Assembly (NCBI GenBank): GCA_038087875.1
Contig: JAXLNO010000219.1
Location: 119,111 to 139,110, forward strand
Reading direction: 5' to 3'
DNA length: 20,000 nt
Source: Malacoraja senta
Taxonomy: Eukaryota
Shown here: piece by piece, positions 11,620-20,000 of the stretch
How positions within the stretch are numbered: position 1 is the first letter of the stretch
Layout of the letters: each line of letters starts with the position of its first letter
The notes under the pieces: generated by a model
The model's database searches: none
Seen by the model: the letters and a program-made list of their open reading frames with translations, nothing else
Told to the model about the DNA's origin: nothing
Position numbers and translations under genes: made by a program

Positions 11620-11845
11620 TGTGTATGAGTGAATTCCCTCTGACTGCTCGTGTTTCATCCCACATCCAGAAGACCTGCAGGTGGGCAAGTTAACTGGCCA
11701 CTGCAAATTGCCCCTTGTGCACAAGTGAGGGGATGAATTAAGGAGAAGTTGTTGAGAATGTGAGGAGAATTTAAAAAATTTGATAAATTTAGAACTAGTG
11801 GGGTGAGGGAGCTGTGTCGGTACTGCGCTTATCTATGACTCAATA
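11620..11845 (+). mobile_element. Decayed V-type SINE (HE1-like)
   Basis: tgctcgtgtttcatcccacatccagaagacctgcaggt...ttaactggccactgcaaattgcccct resembles the V-SINE central domain. Confidence 0.6.
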
Positions 11846-12000
11846 AGCGTAAAAGAACTTTACTTCGACGGTACTGAGCATTTGTGAGACACTGGAATAC
11901 AATGTGTCATTTTTGCCTTCATATCCCTGGATGAATTCACTTGCCTTAGAAACTGTTTAATACAGATCATCTAGAAGACTGTTGTTTGCTATGGTTGTTA

Positions 12001-12238
12001 AGGGCCTGTTCCACTTGGGCGTCATTTGCGCGTAATTTAGGCGACATCATTTACGCGTCACGACGCACACGTCGTGCCGCGCACGTGATGCGGCATGGTG
12101 CGCATTACGCGCGCATGGTGCGTGGTGATGTAGACAGTGACGCGCGGTTGTGCGCGGCGCCCCAGGATTTTGGGATGTACAAAATATTCGCTCGCCATCT
12201 GCGTGATGCGCAAATGACGCCCAAGTGGGACAGGCCCT
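12001..12238. mobile_element. PIF/Harbinger-type MITE
   Basis: 31-bp terminal inverted repeats agggcctgt(t/c)ccacttgggcgtcatttgcgc with 1 mismatch; TTA TSD at 11998-12000 and 12239-12241; CpG-rich interior. Confidence 0.9.
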
Positions 12239-12282
12239 TTAATGATTAATTCATTCAGAATTTTAGGCATTTTAACCACTCT

Positions 12283-12375
12283 GCTTTCTTACATTGCTGA
12301 TGCAAAGCAAGAATTTCATTGTCCTATCAGGGACACATAACAATAAACTCTCTTGACTCTTGACTTGACTTGACT
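12283..12375 (+). mobile_element. Rex1/Babar 3' tail stub with (cttga)n
   Basis: gcaagaatttcattgtcctatcagggacaca is the reverse complement of the tail at about 7655-7685. Confidence 0.7.
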
Positions 12376-12469
12376 CCTTTCTCCAGTGCCTCTCACTGAG
12401 AGCTCCAGATATTACTCCATTCGTACCAAATCATGAATGATCTTTGAATGTTCCTGAAACCATTCTCTC

Positions 12470-13020
12470 CACCTCCTGTACCAAAGATTTTTTACCAATT
12501 TCTACAGATGCACCATAGAAACACCATCCTACCCTGATGCATCACAACTTGGTTAGGCAACTGCTCTATCCAAGAGCGCAGTAAATTAGAGTGTTCTGAG
12601 TGCAACCCAGTCCACCACACAACACCAGCCTCCTCCAACAATGTCTATTGACTTCACATTGCCTTTGGAAAGTGCCAACTTAATCAAAGGCAACTCACCC
12701 CAGTCCTTCTCTCTTCTCCCTTCTCTCGTTGGGCAGAATATGCAAAAGCCTGAAGGTACATTCCACTCGATACAATAACAGATTCTTCCCCACTGTTATC
12801 AAGCTATTGAAAAGACCTCAGCATCTAAGAATATATTCCCGATCTTCACTTGCACTTTTTTTAAATTTGTACTTTCTCTAATGCTATAACACTCTGTTTA
12901 TTTTTGCTTTTGCACTACCTGATATATTTATGTATTGTGTGATTTGCCGTAATAGCATGGCAAAACAAAGTTGTTCACTGTGTTTCGGTTCACGTGACAA
13001 TAATAAACCAACTAACCAAT
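12470..13020 (+). mobile_element. Older Rex1/Babar LINE 3' fragment
   Basis: aatttctacagatgcaccatagaa (NFYRCTIE), tgcatcacaacttggttaggcaac, and tail cactgtgtttcggttcacgtgacaataataaacc. Confidence 0.75.
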
Positions 13021-13371
13021 ATCGCATGCTCATGCCTGCATTGAAACACCTGATCGAGATTCCTCTTTCATCCTAAACTTCCCTTGAATTTCCAACTCTG
13101 CACCTTCACCACATGAGTTCAAGTTAATGATAAAATGGTTGGCAGGATTCCATTAAAAAATATAATCCTTCCTCTTTGATATTTTGTTCAACATCTGCCC
13201 TGAACACCCACTAGTCTTGGAAATGCATGAAACGCGTTGTTGGAGAATCTATATACACATGATGATGGAACTGTAAAAAATAAAAAATAAATAAAAAATT
13301 AATAAATAAAAAATAAAAACTTGAAGTTTCAATTCAAAATTATTGTAACAGTAACAGTTGGAATAATTGAT

Positions 13372-14106
13372 CTTGATTTAATCAAAATCACACTTTATTC
13401 GCCAAGTATGTTTTGCAACATATGAGGAATTTCATTGGCCAGGTCAGTCATACAATTAAAAGTAACAGATCACTCAAAAACACATTTTAACATGAACATC
13501 CACCACAGTGACTCCTACACATTCCTTACTGTGATGGAAGGCGAAATATAGTTCAAGTCCTTCCTTTTGTTCTTCCTCGGTAGGGGGCCTCGAGCCCTCC
13601 ATTGACGGGATGATCTTGACTCCCGTAGCCGGCGGCGTTCGGGCCTTCTGCGTCGAGGCGATCAAGCTCCCGCATCGGGGGGGATGTTCGCTCCTCTACA
13701 CTGGACGATTGAACGTCGTGTCGGGGCTGGTCGAGCCTTCCACGACGTTGGAGCTCCCGACTAGCCTCTCCCGAGACTGTGAGCCCTTGTTGGTAAGTCC
13801 ATGGTGGTCGCGGTGGGAGCGATCGCAGGCAAGTCCACGTCCCGTGGTGGGGCTCACGACAGTCCGAGGAGGCTTCCAGCTCCATCGATATTAGGCCGCA
13901 GAGCCCGGAGAATGTGATCTGAAAATTGATCACATCTCCGGGAAGGTAAGAACTTGAAAAAAAGTTTCCCCCGATCCCCCTGCCCCCACATAAAACATAC
14001 CAAAGAACATTAAAACAAAACTTTGAACAAACTAAAAATTACAAAAAGAAAGAAAAAACAAACAGACTACCTGCAGGGCTGCCATCTCCCCGGCGCCCCT
14101 GGTGGT
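13372..14106 (-). mobile_element. GC-rich non-coding retroposon with a LINE-like 3' tail
   Basis: Minus strand: accaccaggggcgccggggagatggcagcc head, T-rich stretch, CpG-rich body, then gaaattcctc...gcgaataaagtgtgattttgatt tail. Possible TSD taat(t/g)gat at 13364-13371 and 14107-14114. Confidence 0.65.
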
Positions 14107-14189
14107 TAATGGATTGGAAACTGGACTAAGCGAATGATGTTCAGACTGCTGGATATATTTTATGTTGTTGATTTGTACAGGTGATTTTT

Positions 14190-14665
14190 AATAGGTTTTG
14201 AGGATGGCATTGAGCTGGACAGTGCAGAGAAGATTTACAATGTTTCCAGGACCCGAGGGCCTGAACTATAGGGAGAGGTTGGGCAGTCTAGGAGACTGAG
14301 AGGTGTAGAGCTGTATGAAATCATGTTTTTAATGAGGGAAATTGATAGGATGAATGCAGAGTCTTTAACCCCGAGTCAAGAACCATGAGAACTTAGGTTT
14401 AAGATGAGAGAGGAAAGATTTATTAAGAACCAAAGGGGGAACTTTTTCACACAGAGGATGGTGGGTTTATGCAATGAGATGCCAGAGGATGTAGTTGAGT
14501 CAAGTACTATAACAGTATTAAAAATACATTTGTACAGGTACATGGATAGGATAGTTTTAGAGGGATATAGGCCAAATGCAGGCAGCTGGAACTAGCATAG
14601 ATGGAGCATCTTGATCGGCATGAACAATTTGGGTTGAAGGGCCTGTTCTCATGCTGTATGACTAT
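14190..14665 (+). mobile_element. Decayed CR1 3' fragment
   Basis: ORF 14404-14595 RGNFFTQRMVGLCNEMPEDVVE and tail gggttgaagggcctgttctcatgctgtatgact. Confidence 0.8.
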
Positions 14666-15021
14666 CACTTTGTTAGAAGCACTCAAAGATTTGATCACTG
14701 ACAGAGCTGGAAGCATGCAGCGTGACTGAGTTGCTGGATTTAGTTATTCAGTTGCTTCATGGTGGGGTTTGTTCTGCCTACATATCGAGAGCATGATCTC
14801 TGCACTTTTTTACAGAATAACTTCACATCTTATAAAGCCAAAGGTAGACAAAATTACTGGAGAAACTCAGCGGGTGAAGCAGCATCTATGGAGAGAAGGA
14901 ATACGCTACTGATGTCAGGGGGGGGTTGAAAGGAAGAGGTGGAGACAGTAGGCCTGTGGAAGAGCTGGGAAGGGGGAGGGGAAGGAGGGAGATAGCAAGG
15001 ACTATCTGAAATTAGAGAAGT

Positions 15022-16053
15022 ATTTTTATTTATTTATTTATTTAAAAAATTGTTAGAAGCAATTGTACAAAAAAAATGATCGACGTAACAGTTATACAAT
15101 TTTCGTACAGCTTCAGTTTTAACATTTTATAAGCTAATAACTAGATTGAAACAAAAGAAAAAGGAAAAAAAGAGGAAAGAAAGAAGAAAAGAAAAGCAAA
15201 AAAAGTAAAGAACAAAAAAAACAGAACTAGCAAAGGTGTAAAAGAAGCGGAGATAGCTCCAACTACCCTTCCGTACGCCCGCTCACCCAGCCCTACCATC
15301 AGTTTTGAGTTTGTGTTCAACTATTATGTTGTTGAAGAAATTCAATAAAAGGAGACCATATTTTTGAAAATTAATCTGGTTTGTCAGTCAAGACAAACCT
15401 TATCTTTTCTAGATGTAGTGTCTCGGTCATTTCTGTGATCCACATCTTCACTGTGGGGACTGTTATCTTTTTCCAGAATTTAAGTATAAGTTTTTTCGCA
15501 GTTATTAAACCGTGGTCAAGGAAGCGTCTTTGAAATATCGTTAGATTAGGACAGCCCTCTGACATTCCTAATATTATTAGTTTTGGATCTGGCTCCAATT
15601 GAGTTTTAAGTGTTTTAGAAATAATATTGAATATTTCCATCCAGAAGTTTTGTATTTTTATACAGGATACAAAAGTATCAGTTAGGGTGGCTTCTTGAAA
15701 GTGACATTTATCACAAAGAGGAGAAACAGTTGGGAAGATTTTGTTCAATTTGGTCTTTGAGTAGTATAACCTATGCAATACTTTAAATTGTATCAGGCAG
15801 TGCATGGCATTTAAAGAACAGTAATGTATGTATTGTAGGCTTTCATCCCATATATCTTTCAAAATGTGTAGACCCAGCTCGTCCTCCCATGCTCGCCTAA
15901 ATATCTCAGAAGGTGGAGTGTCAATATTTAGAAGGGTGTTATAAATGTAAGATATCAACTTGCTTGTATCGGCATGTCTATTCAAAAATCGTCTAATATA
16001 TCAGGACCCATAAGAGAACAATCTTGTGTATATGTTTTCACGTAATCTCGAAG
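15022..16053 (-). mobile_element. 5'-truncated L1/Tx1-type LINE nested in the Penelope arm
   Basis: ORF 15371-15985 IQFKVLHRLYYS...CDKC..QEATL....SC.KI..FW is an L1 ORF2 zinc-knuckle-like C-terminus. A-rich tail at 15022-15045; TSD tagagaagt at 15013-15021 and 16054-16062. Confidence 0.88.
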
Positions 16054-16367
16054 TAGAGAAGTCAATGCTCATACCGCTGGGGAGGAGGCCCAGGCCAGGA
16101 AGGTCTGATTCGGAATGGGAGGGGAAGGGGAGTTGAAGTGCTGAGCCACCGAGATCAGTTCGCACTAACCAACCTGATCTCCCGGTGGCTCAGCACTTCA
16201 ACTCCCCCTCCCTTCCGAATCTGACCTTTCTGTCCTGGGCCTCCTCCATTGCCAGAGTGAGGCCCAGCACAAATTGGAGGAACAGCACCTCATATTTTGC
16301 TTAGGTAGTTTACACCCCAGTGGTATGAACATTGACTTCTCTAATTTCAGATAGTCCTTGCTTTCTC

Positions 16368-16402
16368 CCTCCTTCCCCTTCCCCTTCCCCTTCCCCTTCC
16401 CC
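16368..16402 (+). repeat. (ccttcc)n microsatellite within the Penelope 3' region
   Basis: Directly visible tandem hexamer. Confidence 0.9.
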
Positions 16403-16809
16403 TTTCCAGCTGTCCCACAAGCCTACTGTCTCCTCCCTTTCTTTTTCCCATTCCCCTCCCAACATCAGTCTGAAGAAGGGTCTCGACCCAAAACATCGCC
16501 TATACCTTCTCTCCATAGATGCTGCCTCACCCGCTGAGTTCCTCCAGCATTTTTGTCTACCTTCGATTTTTCCAGCATCTGCAGTTCTTTCTTAAACATC
16601 TTATAAAGCCATGTTGCCATTCAGGATCTTGCCATTTTAGGTTTAATATTACCTGGAATTTGAAGTTAAGGGACGTGCAAAATCAAACTCCCTACGCTGG
16701 CATCGCGTTCAGAAAGAAATGATGGGCAAAAGGGCCTGAGCTAATGCTGTAGTGTTCTATGTTTCATGTGCTACGTGTAACACACAAAAAGCACTAGTTG
16801 TTTTCGAAA

Positions 16810-16985
16810 AGGGTCTTAGCAAATCTGATGGGTTTTTATGACAATCAAATGGCTTCATTTCACTGATAATTGCCTCGACTTCCAGAATTAATTAAATCCG
16901 ATAATTTTTTCCCAAATGCCAGTGCGATATTTGAACTTGTATATCCAGAATACTAGTCCTGTAACATACCAACTTTTCTACCATA
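16810..16985 (-). mobile_element. Decayed tRNA-derived SINE
   Basis: Minus strand tggtag....ttggtatgttacaggactagtattctgga...agttcaaatatc (A/B-box-like), then gattgtcataaaaacccatc. Confidence 0.5.
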
Positions 16986-17707
16986 GCTAATTGGACTATT
17001 TCTGTAGTATAATTTCAGCTTTCACTTCAGTGCTTTATGCCATAACATATCGACATCCAGTAACATGTGAGCACTGCGCAGTAATCACAAAGCCACTATT
17101 ATTCCCTGCATTTGGTGAAAGTACACAATATAACGCAATGGAGCTGAAAAGTTCAATTGAGCTGAAAACACAAGAAAATCATCAACGAGCTGTTGGCAAA
17201 TGCAAGTGAAGATCCAGGCATCATATGTTCAATTTGAAAAATTTCTCAACAGCACAACAGGACATGATGGAAAGAGTCAGTTTGTCAACCCCTTCACTCA
17301 CTTCCTCGCAACACCACTAAACTACCAGTAAAATAAAATCTATGTGTGACATAGGAATTGGAAGAGGCCGTTCAATCCTTCTAGCTTTCGTCAAGGTTGT
17401 CATGTGGCTACAACATCCATATGTCCATTTTACTCACGATGGTTTCTACCTTTCTTTTCATGAAAATCCATTGTGGTCATATATCAAATGAACAATAGGA
17501 CCAACGTCATCCACATTTCTAGAACCATCTATATCCCTTTCACCCTCTATAAATAGAAGTGTTTCCACGCTTCAATCCTGAAAGGCCTGTCCTTAGTAGT
17601 TTCCCGAATTGTAACAGTTCAAACTGCAAAGGTTCAGAGTAATGTTAATAATACATATTTAACATGTCAAATAAGGTATTTTAATGATATATCCATTGAT
17701 ATATTTA

Positions 17708-17881
<174 letters not shown>

Positions 17882-18494
17882 TCATACGCATGGTGAATGA
17901 TGGACAAGATTCACATCAATGTCAACGGTGAGATGAAGACCAGACAGAAATCACAACCAACAATGAAAAAGGTAGTGGAGGACCGAAATGGAAACACTTT
18001 GGGAGCACTGAAAGTGGGTCTCCTTAAAATTGTGGGAGAAGGGGAAGTCATTTTTACACACATACTCAAAACACTATTTTAGGGATTATTAGATTGTCCA
18101 TGCCCCTACTTGCTTCTCCATGTCCCTTAGGCTAAGTCTAGATCCAGCGAAAAATGAATTACATTAAGGCAAATTCAAAGCCCAATAAAAAACTGTTACT
18201 GTTTCCAAGTTATCAGAGAGGAACAGGATGATGTGGTTGTAAAGATGTGGTTTATTGCACATTGGAGTGGTAGTAGATGGAAATAGTACTTCATTAAGAA
18301 CAAAAGAAACAAAAGAATGCTACTTATTAAGATCAGGGCTGTTCTTGAACTTTTCATCCACCTTGCTTACCATAATATTATATTATATCCCTTGATTACC
18401 AATGTATCCAAGAATTTGGCTCCTATTTGGAAAATATGCATAAATCAACAACAAGCCACTTGAGTGTAATTGCTCCATATACAATGCACTGGTT

Positions 18495-18870
18495 TCCATG
18501 TACCTGTCTAAATATTTCTTAAATGTTGCCATAGCACCTGTCTCCGCTACCTCCTCTGCCCAGCTTGCTCCATATACCCACCACCACTTGTGTAAAGAGA
18601 AATTATCCCTCAGGTTCCTATTAAATCTTTCCCCCCTCACCTTAAACCTATGTCGTCTGGTTCTCGACTCTGGACAAGGGAGTCTCGTTTACCCGATGTA
18701 TTCCTCTCACAATTTTGTACTTTTCTATAATATTACCACTCATCCTCCTGCGCTCCAAGGATTAAAACCCTAGCCTGCTCAACCTCTCCCTACAGCCCAG
18801 GGCCTTGGTTCCTGGCAACATCCTCGGAAATCTTCTCTGCCCCCTTTCGAGCTTGACAACATCTTTACCG
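18495..18870 (-). mobile_element. Decayed CR1 ORF2 3' fragment
   Basis: ORF 18383-18640 RGERFNRNLRDNF...EEVAETG....FKKYLDRYM. Confidence 0.8.
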
Positions 18871-18899
18871 CTTATTTACCACTTTTCAGCATTTGAATA

Positions 18900-19206
18900 C
18901 ACGACAAAAAACTATGTGTTGGAGGATCTCCAACCAGGCAGCATCTGTGGAGGGAAATTATCAGTCGATATTTCAGGTTGAGACCCTTCATCTGAGTAGA
19001 GGGAAGGAGAATAGCCATTATAAAGAGGTAACAGGGAAGTCTCTTTATAAAGGCCATTCCCCTTCCTCTCTTTCAATCCAGATGAAGGGTCTCGACTCAG
19101 AACTCCAGCTGACCATTTCCTTCTGCAGATTCTACCCGACTTACTGATTTCCACCAGCAGTTTGTTTTTTGCTGCAGATTCTGGCATCTGCAGTCTCTTG
19201 TGTCTC
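18900..19206. mobile_element. Older Penelope-terminus fold-back
   Basis: Inverted pairs ttataaagag (19018-19027)/ctctttataa (19041-19050) and gagacccttcatctg/cagatgaagggtctc. The right arm ends gcatctgcagtctcttgtgtctc. Confidence 0.75.
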
Positions 19207-19897
19207 CAATTAAATTAAGAAGATTGGTATTGCTGTAAACTTAGGCATCTGGTCCTGCAACATTTACAACCATCGTGGTATACATTGTACATACTTATAC
19301 ATACTAACACTATGTATGTCTGTGTGGTGTGTGTGTGTCTATACATATACAGACAGGAAACTCTCCTTTTAACGGACCCCTCTATAACGGATTTCAGAGC
19401 AGACGGACCTGCTGATCCACACCCGGGCTTCCGATTCCACCCTGGCGGGCAAGGTGCATGAGCAAGCCCTTCTTCACAGTCTGATCTATGCGGCTGTTGT
19501 GCGGCAAACCTTGTGTCCCCTGGAGACAGCGCTTTCTTCAGGCCACTTCCACCAACAGGACGCGCTTGGTCACTGTGGAGCTCCCCTCCTCCCCCTTTCA
19601 CCAGCTGCTGTTTCTCTCTATTGGTCATCACTTTGTCCACCACACCTCTCCACTGCTGCCTCCTCCTCATTCTCCGTGCACTTCACCGAACCATCCTCCA
19701 CTGCTGCCTCCTGTTGCTGTCCACTCAGCCTCATTCCCCCTCCTTCCCTCCTCCACTGCCATCTCCTCCTCCTCCCCCAGAGTCGCCAACATATTCCAAC
19801 TTGGAAGCAGGGAGTGGACAAAATGACGGACTGCGCCGGTGAAGAAGGGATTGGCGGTGCTGACCAGTGGCATCGTGCCCAGTTTTAAGGTGAAACA

Positions 19898-20000
19898 ACA
19901 CAAAGTGCTGGAGTGCTGAATCAGTCTGAAGAAGGGTCCTGACATCACCTATCCATTTTCTCAAGAGATGCTGCCTAACCTGCTGAGTTCCTCCAGCACT
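19898..20000. mobile_element. Penelope-terminus fold-back, partial and cut by the window end
   Basis: acacaaagtgctggagt stub, then cagtctgaagaagggtcc...gagatgctgcctaacctgctgagttcctccagcact. Confidence 0.75.

Larger units (their letters stand above)
14841..16595. mobile_element. Penelope inverted (fold-back) insertion with 16-bp TSD
   Basis: Minus arm 14841-15021 plus 16063-16160; plus arm about 16170-16595 encoding KLEEQHLIFCLGSLHPSGMNIDFSNFR. TSD acatcttataaagcca at 14825-14840 and 16596-16611. Confidence 0.9.

Noticed and set aside
11986..12279. Arg/Ala-rich ORFs on both strands
   Set aside because: Incidental open frames across the GC-rich MITE.
13524..13545. Minus-strand TCCATCACA|gtaagg, resembling the ...SIT end of the preceding CPNE4 exon
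   Set aside because: It is in the wrong order relative to the VIAEE exon, lies inside a retroposon, and its upstream codons do not match.
19215..19964. Cluster of 67-151 aa ORFs on both strands
   Set aside because: Low-complexity Pro/Ser/Leu/Gly translations of GC-rich repetitive DNA, with no domain or splice support.

Overview
Eukaryotic, repeat-rich vertebrate DNA, probably from a cartilaginous fish (skate/ray); the taxon is inferred from recalled repeat families only. The window lies inside a minus-strand copine gene, best matching CPNE4. Three phase-0 GT-AG coding exons (17789-17863, 7024-7107, 2062-2151), none in the ORF track, splice into [83 protein letters not shown], the start of the second C2 domain. 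The introns hold nested transposable elements: CR1, Rex1/Babar and L1/Tx1 LINE fragments, Penelope-like elements, Deu-type and V-type SINEs, a PIF/Harbinger MITE and a GC-rich non-coding retroposon. The most notable structure is a recurrent asymmetric fold-back of Penelope termini with decayed hammerhead-like motifs; two of these are bracketed by a single 14-16 bp target-site duplication (TSD). I see no convincing novel protein-coding system. TE family names are from memory, not a database search.
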